NCBI GenBank assembly: GCA_964373795.1
Contig: CAYJVY010000004.1
Span: 60,001-92,000, forward strand
DNA: 32,000 bases
Origin: an uncultured archaeon
Lineage (GTDB): Archaea; Iainarchaeota; Iainarchaeia; Iainarchaeales; DATDZZ01
Direction: 5' to 3'
The translations under genes were made by a program, and so were the position numbers. The notes under the pieces were generated by a model, which saw only the letters and a list, made by a program, of their open reading frames with translations, did not search any database and was not told the DNA's origin. Shown here piece by piece: positions 8,848-17,227 of the stretch. The stretch's first letter is position 1. Each line of letters begins with the position of its first letter.

Positions 8848-9039
8848 TCACTTTACTTTGTTTACTGCTTTTTCAATATTGCTTAAAACATCTCCGTGAA
8901 CAGTTTCTCCTTCTTTTACAACGTTTTTCGCAGAACCGCTTTGAAGTAAAATTATTGCAAGAACTGCTGCAGCTACCAAAACTGCTCCCCCAATTAAAAG
9001 CAAATATTCAACAGATGATTGAGCTTTTTCTTCCAACAT
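8848..9039 (-). CDS. Mini type IV pilin (class III signal peptide), 63 aa
   Basis: MLEEKA|QSSVEYLLLIGGAVLVAAAVLAIILL is an exact QxSxExxxL class III motif. Confidence 0.8.
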   Translation of the reverse strand: MLEEKAQSSVEYLLLIGGAVLVAAAVLAIILLQSGSAKNVVKEGETVHGDVLSNIEKAVNKVK

Positions 9040-9052
9040 TTAATCCCTTAAT

Positions 9053-9232
9053 CTACTTAATCAAGTGTTTTATTTCACCTGCTGAATTTGCAAGTGAATG
9101 TCTTCCAGTTTCAACATTATTTTTAGCTTGATTAGAGAAAGTGAAAAGGAAAGTCATTACAATTGCCGCAATTAATACTGCTCCACCAATTAAAAGCAAA
9201 TATTCTAAGGCTGTTTGAGCTTTTTCATCCAT
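9053..9232 (-). CDS. Mini type IV pilin (class III signal peptide), 59 aa; candidate major pilin
   Basis: Not in the ORF track. My translation: MDEKA|QTALEYLLLIGGAVLIAAIVMTFLFTFSNQAKNNVETGRHSLANSAGEIKHLIK. It is preceded by a GGAGGT Shine-Dalgarno and two TATA-like boxes. Confidence 0.75.
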   Translation of the reverse strand: MDEKAQTALEYLLLIGGAVLIAAIVMTFLFTFSNQAKNNVETGRHSLANSAGEIKHLIK

Positions 9233-9273
9233 TGATTAAACCTCCATATTGATGCAAATACTTTGAACTTCAA

Positions 9274-9307
9274 ATATATTTAAAATATTTCAACCTATAT
9301 TTAAAGG
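9274..9307 (-). promoter_or_regulatory. Two TATA-box-like elements upstream of the four-gene pilin run
   Basis: Minus-strand reading gives CCTTTAAATATAG and ATATTTTAAATATAT, about 45-75 nt upstream of the ATG at 9232. This is the only sizeable spacer (97 bp) inside the pilus locus. Confidence 0.45.
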
Positions 9308-9329
9308 TATCTTGTAAATAAACTAAATT

Positions 9330-9512
9330 TTATCCAATGTTTTGAATTCCGCTTGTTACATTTGAAACCTGATTTGATAACTTGTTTTCAATTGCGCCTT
9401 TAGGCAAGTTCTTTAAAAACAATCCAATTAATGAAGCAATTAAAATTGCGGCTGCAACTAATAACAATGCTTCTAAATTAACTTGAGCTTTAAATTCTTT
9501 AAACAAATTCAT
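9330..9512 (-). CDS. Mini type IV pilin (class III signal peptide), 60 aa
   Basis: MNLFKEFKA|QVNLEALLLVAAAILIASLIGLFL has a K-A|Q site and Glu at +5. It abuts the platform gene stop with a 0-nt gap. Confidence 0.75.
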   Translation of the reverse strand: MNLFKEFKAQVNLEALLLVAAAILIASLIGLFLKNLPKGAIENKLSNQVSNVTSGIQNIG

Positions 9513-10472
9513 TTACCCACCTATTAACATTAAAGTTGAGCCAATAATTGAAGCATAAAATACAAGAAAAGCTATAAACAATAAAACTGGAAAATATAAA
9601 ACACTTTTATTTATTTTTCCTTTCCTCATTAAAGCAATCATTATGCTTGTAGCAAAAATTGAAACAAATATATAAAACTGTAAAAGCAATACAATGAAAA
9701 ACCTTGCATTTTCAGCTGCGTTTTTTGCAGCAGTGGAAACAACTCCAGTTGAAATAGATGACTGAATCAAGAATTGAATTATTGTTGAAACAATTCCAAA
9801 AATAAATGGAGCAATTAATGCTCCTGCAACAAAAATGAATAATGTTTGCATTAAGGTTCTAGCTCTTCTCTCTGCATCAACTCTTTTAGCTTCTCTTACA
9901 TCTCCTGAAATGCTTTCCAGTACATCTGCTAATCCTCCTCCAGACTTAACTGAATCAATAATAATTGTAACAGTTCTATCAACTAGTCTTGAATTCACGT
10001 TTTCTGAAAGAGTTTTCATTGAGTTCTCAAAATTTTCTCCTTCCCTTAACTTATCTAAAACCTTGTTTAATTCAATTGAAAGCAATCCATAATTTGATTC
10101 AGCTATTTCTTGAAATCCTGCTTCATAAGTACTTCCTGTTTTCAAAGTATCAGATAATTGTTTTAAAGCAGGAGCCAAGTTTTCTTCTATTTCATCAATT
10201 CTTTTTTGCTCTTTGTAAACAGGAAATCCAATAAACAAGTCAAGTAATACAGCAAACACTACTAAAGGTGAAACAATTTCAGCAAAAAGCAATACATCTT
10301 TTAAAATACTTGGAACAGTAATTGAAAAAACCTTGAACGAAATTCCTACTCCAAAAGCAATTGCAAGAGAAAGAATAACTGCTATTAAAAAATATAAGAT
10401 TACTGGCAAGCCAATTCTTAAATTATTTAAACTTCTTTGATAATTAAATAAAAAACTTTTATGTACACTCAT
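9513..10472 (-). CDS. Type IV filament platform protein, half-size T2SSF domain (TadC/EpdK-like)
   Basis: 319 aa. A cytoplasmic T2SSF-like block (LAPALKQLSDTLKTGSTYEAGFQEIAE...SVKSGGGLADVLESISGDV) is flanked by TM helices. Confidence 0.8.
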   Translation of the reverse strand: MSVHKSFLFNYQRSLNNLRIGLPVILYFLIAVILSLAIAFGVGISFKVFSITVPSILKDVLLFAEIVSPLVVFAVLLDLFIGFPVYKEQKRIDEIEENLAPALKQLSDTLKTGSTYEAGFQEIAESNYGLLSIELNKVLDKLREGENFENSMKTLSENVNSRLVDRTVTIIIDSVKSGGGLADVLESISGDVREAKRVDAERRARTLMQTLFIFVAGALIAPFIFGIVSTIIQFLIQSSISTGVVSTAAKNAAENARFFIVLLLQFYIFVSIFATSIMIALMRKGKINKSVLYFPVLLFIAFLVFYASIIGSTLMLIGG

Positions 10473-10477
10473 TTAAA

Positions 10478-11647
10478 TCAAACCCTTGGCTGTGAAGCAA
10501 ACAAAAAATACGTTAAATACGCTAACACTAAAGGCATTATTATAACGTAAAAGATAATTAAATTTGTTACCCCTAAAGGCAGTCCAGTAAAAATGCTTGT
10601 TCCTTGCAATCCTAGAGGAGCATTTCTAATTGCTCCTAAAACAGCTACAAATACGGGTAAGACAATTGCAACAAAAATAAATATTACTCCAAAGAAATTC
10701 ATTTTTTCAGAAAATTCTCGCATTTTTAAAATCAAGTTATGAGACACTTCTTCTGCTACATCCTCCATTGTATCTGAAAGATTTCCTCCTGTTTTCATTG
10801 CTCTTACAACATGATTTAAGGCTTCTCTTAAAGCATTAGACTTTGTTCTGTTTCCAAGTTTTTTTAAAGCAGTTTTTTCTTCAGTTCCTTCTTCTATTTC
10901 ATTTAAGGTTCTAGCAAATTCTTCAGATAAAGCTCCGTAATCAGATACAGCAATTGTTTGAAGAGTTTTATTCAAGCCAATTCCTGCTCTTAACTCTGTT
11001 GCAATATGCCTTAAAGCAAAAGGCAATTCAACATCTAATGCATCAGCTCTTTTTTTTGCAACACTTGAAGGAACAATTAATAAAACTAAAATCATTAAAA
11101 AGAATAAAACAATGCTAACTATTAAAGACATAGTAACAGTATTTGCTAATGCAACGTTAACTAAAAAAACTCCTGCTAAAACTAATAGAAAAAAAATCAT
11201 TAAAGAAAAAATAAAAGAAGAAACAACTGTTACCCCTAAATATTGAATAACTGTGAAATGCATGAAAGCACTATCTAAATCGCTTTCTAAAAACCTTAAA
11301 GGAGAAGAAAATAATGGAAACGCTTTAATAAAATTAATCAATAAGTCAAACAATCCTTTAAAGCTTTCATAAACTTTTGCAATAAATTTTAAAAAAAAAT
11401 CTTTTGATTGAAGTAAATGCTCCATTGAAGGCCCTTTAAATCCTGGTTTAACTCCTTCAACCCAGTCCCTTAAATCTCCGTGCTCTTCTCTTGAAACTTT
11501 TTTTCCACTTAGTTCTTCTTTTCTTTTAACTCTTTCAGTAATTTTTTCCGCTAACTCTTTATCAAAAGAAGGCGCTAAAACGTTTTTAGATTTTTCTTCA
11601 ATTTTTTTCCTCAAACTAGCTATTCTGCTTTCTTTTGCTTCAGGCAT
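10478..11647 (-). CDS. Type IV filament platform protein, half-size T2SSF domain (TadB/EpdJ-like)
   Basis: 389 aa. T2SSF-like block: LPFALRHIATELRAGIGLNKTLQTIAV...AMKTGGNLSDTMEDVAEEV, with TM helices on both sides. Confidence 0.8.
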   Translation of the reverse strand: MPEAKESRIASLRKKIEEKSKNVLAPSFDKELAEKITERVKRKEELSGKKVSREEHGDLRDWVEGVKPGFKGPSMEHLLQSKDFFLKFIAKVYESFKGLFDLLINFIKAFPLFSSPLRFLESDLDSAFMHFTVIQYLGVTVVSSFIFSLMIFFLLVLAGVFLVNVALANTVTMSLIVSIVLFFLMILVLLIVPSSVAKKRADALDVELPFALRHIATELRAGIGLNKTLQTIAVSDYGALSEEFARTLNEIEEGTEEKTALKKLGNRTKSNALREALNHVVRAMKTGGNLSDTMEDVAEEVSHNLILKMREFSEKMNFFGVIFIFVAIVLPVFVAVLGAIRNAPLGLQGTSIFTGLPLGVTNLIIFYVIIMPLVLAYLTYFLFASQPRV

Positions 11648-11688
11648 TTAATTTCCTCTAATTCCTTCAAATTAAATGATTTAAATGT

Positions 11689-13374
11689 TTAAATTTGTTT
11701 CTTCTCAAACAAAAACCGTTGAGTCTCTCTTACTACTTCATCAATTGACCTAATTCCTTTATCAACTAATGCTTGCAAAAATTTTTCTCTATCACTTAAA
11801 TCTTCTTTAATATCTTTTTTACTCAAACCACTTAATAATTCTATTTCTTTCAAGTACTTGCTTTGAACATCTGTTGCTTCCAAAGAATCTTTTACTGCAT
11901 TCCTTGAAAAAATTGTTTGCACTTGAATCTTTCCCTCTAAAACCCCTGAAACCTCTGCAATTTCAGTTACTCTTCTAATGCTTCCTTTTTTTCTGTCATG
12001 CAATCTATGCTGAATCAAAATCAAGTCAAGAGATGAAAGCATTAATTCAGGAACATTCATTGGAGGATTTGTAACTCTAACAATTGTTTCCTGAGGAGAA
12101 TTTGAATGAATTGTTCCAAGGCTTCCGTTATGCCCTGTATTCATTGCAGTAAACAAAGTAAAAGCCTCTGAATGCCTTACTTCTCCTACAACAATTCTAT
12201 CAGGCCTCATTCTCAAAGAATTCTTAGTTAAAATATCCATTGTAAGCTCTCCTTTTCCTTCCAATCCAGGAGGCTTTGCTTCTAATCTAATCCAATGACT
12301 TAAAGGAATATTTAATTCAGCTGTATCCTCAATTGAAACAATTCTTTCATTTGAAGGAATAAGCGAAGCCAACACATTTAAAGTAGTTGTTTTTCCAGAA
12401 CCAGTTCCTCCAGCAATTAAAGAATTTGAAGGCTTTACTCCAAAGCCATCAACTGAAAGCCATAAAAAAGCTGCAACTTCAACTGAAATAGTTCCATAAT
12501 TAATTAAATCAATTAAACTAAAAGGATCGTCTCTAAACTTTCTAATAGTTAAAGTCGAACCACTAACAGAAGCAGGAGGAATGGTTGCATTAACTCTAGA
12601 ACCATCAGGCAATCTAGCGTCAAGCAATGGATTTGAAATATCAACTCTTCTTCCAACTCCTCTTGCAATCTTGTTAATTAAATCTTGCACTTCAGTATCA
12701 GAGTAAAACTCAATATTGGTTAACATCATTTCATATTCTCTGTGAAAAACGTATACAGGAGTTTTAGGTCCAATAATCATTATTTCCTCTAATTTATTGT
12801 CTCGAATTAATTCATCAATTAAACCATATCCAACCATTTCTCTTACAACTGCATCAGCATAAAAAGGAAACTTTGATTCAGGAATATTCAATTCCTCTGC
12901 TTCTCTTAAAATGTCTAAAATTTTTTGAAAATAAACATTTCTCTTTTCTTCAGGATCCCTAATTTTATAAGGCTCTATTGCAATCAACCTAGTTGCCACT
13001 TCTTTAATAGTATTAATAATTGTTTTCTCAGTCAAATTCGGGCGAGGAACTGGAACATTATAGACAAGTAAATCCTGTCCTTCAACTTGAAAAATTTCAA
13101 CATTTCCATAAGCAGCAATCTTTGTTTTCTTTGAAGAAACCAAATCACTTTGAATTGAAGCAGTTTTAATTTTTGGAACTGAAACCTCTTCAATTTCTTT
13201 CACTTCTTCAACTGAATCAGTTTTTAAAGAAATTTTTGCAGATTCTTCAACAATTGGTTTTGGTTCTAAAACCTTTTTTTCTTCAGGTTTTTCTTTTACT
13301 GCAAAAAAGCCTTGAGAATACTTTAATTTTTTCTCCTTCTTTAATTTTTTAAACATTTCACTAAAAGAACTCAT
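11689..13374 (-). CDS. Type II/IV secretion-family assembly ATPase (FlaI/TadA/VirB11 superfamily)
   Basis: 561 aa. Walker A AGGTGSGKTTTLN, Asp box IVSIEDTAELN, Walker B RPDRIVVGEVR and His box TGHNGSLGTIHSNS. Has a K/E-rich N-terminal extension of about 90 aa. Confidence 0.9.
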   Translation of the reverse strand: MSSFSEMFKKLKKEKKLKYSQGFFAVKEKPEEKKVLEPKPIVEESAKISLKTDSVEEVKEIEEVSVPKIKTASIQSDLVSSKKTKIAAYGNVEIFQVEGQDLLVYNVPVPRPNLTEKTIINTIKEVATRLIAIEPYKIRDPEEKRNVYFQKILDILREAEELNIPESKFPFYADAVVREMVGYGLIDELIRDNKLEEIMIIGPKTPVYVFHREYEMMLTNIEFYSDTEVQDLINKIARGVGRRVDISNPLLDARLPDGSRVNATIPPASVSGSTLTIRKFRDDPFSLIDLINYGTISVEVAAFLWLSVDGFGVKPSNSLIAGGTGSGKTTTLNVLASLIPSNERIVSIEDTAELNIPLSHWIRLEAKPPGLEGKGELTMDILTKNSLRMRPDRIVVGEVRHSEAFTLFTAMNTGHNGSLGTIHSNSPQETIVRVTNPPMNVPELMLSSLDLILIQHRLHDRKKGSIRRVTEIAEVSGVLEGKIQVQTIFSRNAVKDSLEATDVQSKYLKEIELLSGLSKKDIKEDLSDREKFLQALVDKGIRSIDEVVRETQRFLFEKKQI

Positions 13375-13493
13375 TCAACCACTATTCAGTTAATTCAAAT
13401 CAAATAGTATAATAATTCTCTTTTTCTTTTTAAAACTTCGCAGTGAATTCAAAACAATAAGTATTTTATACTCTGCATTCAAATGAATTCTTT

Positions 13494-14276
13494 ATGAAGC
13501 CAACTGAAAGAATTCAAAGAGTGCATGCCAAAATTCCTTGGGTTCCAAAAGAAGCCTTAAAAGAATTAAATGAAGAAACTCGTGGAAAAATTATTGCACG
13601 AATTTGGCAAGCAAGAATCCCTCAACCAGTAAAAGAATGGCTTAATAGATTTGCTTTACGAAAACACGCAACCCCGTTTGAAGTTAATACTTACCTCAGA
13701 GAATTTCAAAGAATTTTTTCAAACCCACTCCTCTTTGAAGTAACTCCTTTAGATAAATTCCTGCGAAGAGCAAGAATGAGGCCTAGAATGACTCTTCAAA
13801 CATTTCTTAAAAGAAATAAAAAGGTTTCAATGCTATCAATTGCAAAAAAAATTTCAACAGTAAAATTAACTTCGACAAGAATTGCAGAAGAAATTAAAAG
13901 AATTAAAGCAGATAAAGATTTTTTCGGCGAAGAAAAAAAGCCAAACCAAAGATTTTCAGAAGAAGAAAAAAGACAAGTAATTAATGAAATACAAAGAAGA
14001 GCTCAAAAAATTTCTTTAAGACAAATTTACTTCATTGAATTATTTTTTACAATGCCTAAAACTCAAAGCTTTCAAAAAAATGTTAGACCAATGACTTCAC
14101 AACAAAGAGAACGACAATTAAGAGAAGTAGAAGAATATCAAATGTTTACTCCAGAAGAAAAAACAGCAATCAAGGTAGAAATAATGAAACGCCCTTGGCT
14201 TTCAGAATTTGATGCTCATAGAATAATTCATTACTTTATTGGAATGAATCTAATTAAAAAACACGGAATGCAGTAA
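13494..14276 (+). CDS. Basic (K/R-rich) protein of unknown function
   Basis: 260 aa ORF with no recognisable motif. It diverges from the pilus ATPase across a 119-bp AT-rich spacer. Confidence 0.5.
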   Translation: MKPTERIQRVHAKIPWVPKEALKELNEETRGKIIARIWQARIPQPVKEWLNRFALRKHATPFEVNTYLREFQRIFSNPLLFEVTPLDKFLRRARMRPRMTLQTFLKRNKKVSMLSIAKKISTVKLTSTRIAEEIKRIKADKDFFGEEKKPNQRFSEEEKRQVINEIQRRAQKISLRQIYFIELFFTMPKTQSFQKNVRPMTSQQRERQLREVEEYQMFTPEEKTAIKVEIMKRPWLSEFDAHRIIHYFIGMNLIKKHGMQ

Positions 14277-14283
14277 AAAAAAA

Positions 14284-16509
14284 TCACTTTAATTCTCTTG
14301 ACTTAATTTCTTTCAATAATTCTTTCACAAACTCATCCACTTTAACTCCAAAACTAATCTTTCCATCCCTTGATCTAACAGCTAAAGATTTACTTTTAAC
14401 TTCTTTTTCTCCAATTGTAATAATGTAATTCACTTTCTCTAATTGCGCGTCTCTAACCTTTTTACCAATTGACTCGCTTCTAGAATCTAATTCAACTCTA
14501 ACAAAGTTTTTCCTCAAATTTTGTTCAACTTCTCTAGCAAATTCTTCACATTTATCGTTTACAGTAATAATTTTTACTTGCACTGGAGAAAGCCATAAAG
14601 GAAACCTTCCATTAAAATGTTCAATTAAAATTCCAATAAATCTTTCAAAGCTTCCAATTAAAGCTCGATGAATTATTACAGGAAAATGTTTTTTTCCATC
14701 CCGTCCCTCGAAAGATAAATTAAATCTTTGAGGCATTTGGTAATCCAACTGAATTGTGGCTAACTGCCAAGAACGATTTAAAACATCTTTTACATGCAAA
14801 TCAATTTTAGGGCCATAAAAAGCTCCGTCTCCTTCATTAACTCTGAATGCTTTTCCAGTTTTCTTCAACGCATTCTTCAAAGAAGTTTCAGCAGAATTCC
14901 ATGACTCAATTTCTCCTAAAAACTTTTCAGGCCTAGTTGATAACTCTATTGAGTAATTCTTGAAACCAAAAGTTGAATAAATCTTGTCAATTAATTTCAA
15001 TAAATTAAAAATTTCTTGCTCTATTTGTTCTTGAGTACAAAAAATATGCGAGTCGTCTTGAGAAAGCTTTCTCACTCTTATAAGGCCATGCACTACTCCA
15101 GACAATTCATGTCTATGCAAATTTCCAAAATCAGCAATCCTTAAAGGCAATTCTTTATACGAACGAGTTCGTTCAGAAAAAATCAAGCAATGGCTTGGAC
15201 AATTCATTGGCTTTAAAGCAAACTCTCTTTCATCAATTTCTAATTCATACATGTTTTGCCTATAATGACTCCAATGCCCGGATGTTTCCCACAAACTTTT
15301 TGAAAAAATTTGAGGAGTTCTAACAACTTTATATCCTTCAAAAAAATAAATTTCCTCCAAAAAATTTCTAATCTCTCTCCAAACAATGTAACCTTTAGGT
15401 AAAAAAAACGGCATTGCAGGAGACTCTTCATGAAAAGAAAACAATTCTAAATCATTTCCAAAAACAAAATGAATTATTTTTTCAGCCTCGTCACATTGCT
15501 TTAAAAAATCCTCTAAATCTTTTGCAGAAGAAAAAGCAATTCCTTGAATTCTTGTCAAAGACTCTTGCTGAGAATCGCCTTTAAAATATGCATTAGAAAT
15601 TGTCAAAAGTTTTATTGCACCAATTTTTGAAGACTCTTTCAATACTGCATCCTTAAACAAGCCAACTTGCTTCAATTTTCCAAAACCGTAAACTGGAACA
15701 TCTTTCTGTAAATCAGAAACAATTTTTGAAACAACTTTGAAATTCTTGAATTCTTTTTCAGCATCCTTTTTTGTTAAAAATTCTTGGCTAAAAGAATTTT
15801 TCTTTGAAAGCAATTCAGAAACCATTGCTTCAATTTTCGCGAAATCAGTTTCCTTTAACTTCAATCCAAAAAAATCAACTGTAAAGCCTTCCCTTAAAAC
15901 ATCAATCAAAACATTTTCTGTGCCAGAAAACAATTCCTTGACAGCAGAAGAAACAATCAAACCCGAAGAAAAATTCAATTTCTCTTCTTCAGTGAGTTTT
16001 TTCCCACTAACCTCTAAAGGCTTTGCTTCCATTTTTTTCTGTTTCATTACAGTTTTTGTTTCAATTTTTTGTTCTCCGTTCCCTGCATTTATAACTCTTG
16101 ATAATTCAGCTAATGGATGTCCTTTAGCTGTTAAAGAAAATTTTTTATACCAGCCAAAAGGAGCTTTGTGTACTTGAAAACCTTTTTCATGCAATCTTTT
16201 TTCGGCTAACTGCATTATTTTAATAGCTGTTCCAGGTTTTGAAGGAAGCTTTCCAAACAATAAATGCACATAGGGATAAAGAACTATATTCTTTGACTTG
16301 ATTTGACCTGAAATGTCTTCAATGTTTTCCACTAATTTTTCAGCTACTTTTTCTTCATTAAAATCATCTTCTTGAGAAAAACTCATGAAAACAGTTAAAC
16401 ATTCATTAAATTTTTGTTTCTTTAAGTTTCCAGGCAACTCCTCTGCAAGTCTTGTTTTTTGCTTTACTTCTACATTTAATTCATCTGAATGAATAAACAA
16501 TGCATGCAT
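14284..16509 (-). CDS. thrS: Threonine--tRNA ligase with archaeal-type N-terminal editing domain
   Basis: 741 aa. Class II core: FALKPMNCPSHCLIF, RIADFGNLHRHELSG, LSQDDSHIFC, GDGAFYGPKIDL and HRALIGSFERFIGILIEH. Has an anticodon-binding C-terminus. The N-terminal MHALFIHSD...LYPYVHL block resembles the archaeal ThrRS editing domain. Confidence 0.9.
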   Translation of the reverse strand: MHALFIHSDELNVEVKQKTRLAEELPGNLKKQKFNECLTVFMSFSQEDDFNEEKVAEKLVENIEDISGQIKSKNIVLYPYVHLLFGKLPSKPGTAIKIMQLAEKRLHEKGFQVHKAPFGWYKKFSLTAKGHPLAELSRVINAGNGEQKIETKTVMKQKKMEAKPLEVSGKKLTEEEKLNFSSGLIVSSAVKELFSGTENVLIDVLREGFTVDFFGLKLKETDFAKIEAMVSELLSKKNSFSQEFLTKKDAEKEFKNFKVVSKIVSDLQKDVPVYGFGKLKQVGLFKDAVLKESSKIGAIKLLTISNAYFKGDSQQESLTRIQGIAFSSAKDLEDFLKQCDEAEKIIHFVFGNDLELFSFHEESPAMPFFLPKGYIVWREIRNFLEEIYFFEGYKVVRTPQIFSKSLWETSGHWSHYRQNMYELEIDEREFALKPMNCPSHCLIFSERTRSYKELPLRIADFGNLHRHELSGVVHGLIRVRKLSQDDSHIFCTQEQIEQEIFNLLKLIDKIYSTFGFKNYSIELSTRPEKFLGEIESWNSAETSLKNALKKTGKAFRVNEGDGAFYGPKIDLHVKDVLNRSWQLATIQLDYQMPQRFNLSFEGRDGKKHFPVIIHRALIGSFERFIGILIEHFNGRFPLWLSPVQVKIITVNDKCEEFAREVEQNLRKNFVRVELDSRSESIGKKVRDAQLEKVNYIITIGEKEVKSKSLAVRSRDGKISFGVKVDEFVKELLKEIKSRELK

Positions 16510-16901
16510 TTTAATTTCTCCTGAAAAAAGTTATTAAACAAATAATTAAATTAGTATCCATTGAAAGCAATTCAATGCATTTAAATGAATTAAAAAAAGG
16601 GTTCAGAAAAAGATTAAATGATTTAATTAAGTTCTGCAAAAATCTCCAAATATGTTTGAAGATAAGTGGGATAAAAACCTTCTACACTTATTTCAGAATT
16701 CATAACAATCTCTGAAAATATTAATGCCAAGCCAAAGTATTTAAATAAACTCAAAACAAGAATGTATCAAAAAGTACAGTCAAAAAAATTCAAAGGAAAT
16801 AAAATTAGTTTTTGCACGCTATTTGTCGAAATTGAAAATAGAAATATAACAACATTCTAATTTATTTTATTAGCATCAAAATCTAGGCAATGTTTTAATA
16901 T

Positions 16902-16924
16902 TAGTTATAACAATAGTTATAACA
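16902..16924. promoter_or_regulatory. Tandem 11-bp repeat TAGTTATAACA x2 (period 12), each containing the palindrome GTTATAAC; candidate TA operator
   Basis: Copies at 16902-16912 and 16914-16924, ending 16 nt before the GTG start of the toxin-like gene at 16940. Confidence 0.45.
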
Positions 16925-16939
16925 TGAATAAGTGGTTTT

Positions 16940-17227
16940 GTGAAAGACTGGATAAAAACAATCCTGAATGCATTCAACAGGAATACAATATTTATTCATT
17001 TTAGCTTCCACATAGAGTTAAAAAATCTTACACGAAATCTTGACCTTGACAATGTATTCAAAACCGTTAGAAAAGGAAAAGTACTTGAAGCAAAATCAAT
17101 ATATCCTGACAGAATTGCCTTTTATCACTTTTTCAAAGAAGGATTTACATATGTTGCAATTGTGAAGATTTATCCAAACTCTTTCAAAGTAATCACTGCA
17201 TGGAAAAATAAAGGAAGAAAGATATGA
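16940..17227 (+). CDS. DUF4258-like putative toxin
   Basis: 95 aa. FSFHIELKNLTRNLDLDNVFKTVRKGKV plus the C-terminal FKVITAW resemble the DUF4258 pattern (H-A-x-x-R...I, ending V-I-T-x-Y/W). It overlaps the next gene by 4 nt (ATGA). Confidence 0.45.
   Translation: MKDWIKTILNAFNRNTIFIHFSFHIELKNLTRNLDLDNVFKTVRKGKVLEAKSIYPDRIAFYHFFKEGFTYVAIVKIYPNSFKVITAWKNKGRKI

Noticed and set aside
8832-9131. 99-aa plus-strand ORF across the pilin array
   Set aside because: It is antisense to two mini-pilin genes that have clear class III signal-peptide signatures. Its L/Q-rich translation is a mirror artefact of the Ala/Leu-rich helices.
9835-10234. Two plus-strand ORFs (85 and 81 aa) in the platform gene
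   Set aside because: They are antisense to the T2SSF-domain gene, which has clear family motifs.
6127-13374. Interpretation of the locus as an archaellum (motility) operon
   Set aside because: There are no FlaH/ArlH, FlaF/G, FlaC/D/E or archaellin-sized (about 200 aa) subunits. The platform is split into two half-size genes and the subunits are about 60 aa. All of this points to an Epd/Tad-like adhesive pilus.
15737-16177. 146-aa plus-strand ORF (and 15240-15431 minus) inside thrS
   Set aside because: Both are embedded in the well-supported ThrRS reading frame. They have low-complexity translations and no independent signals.
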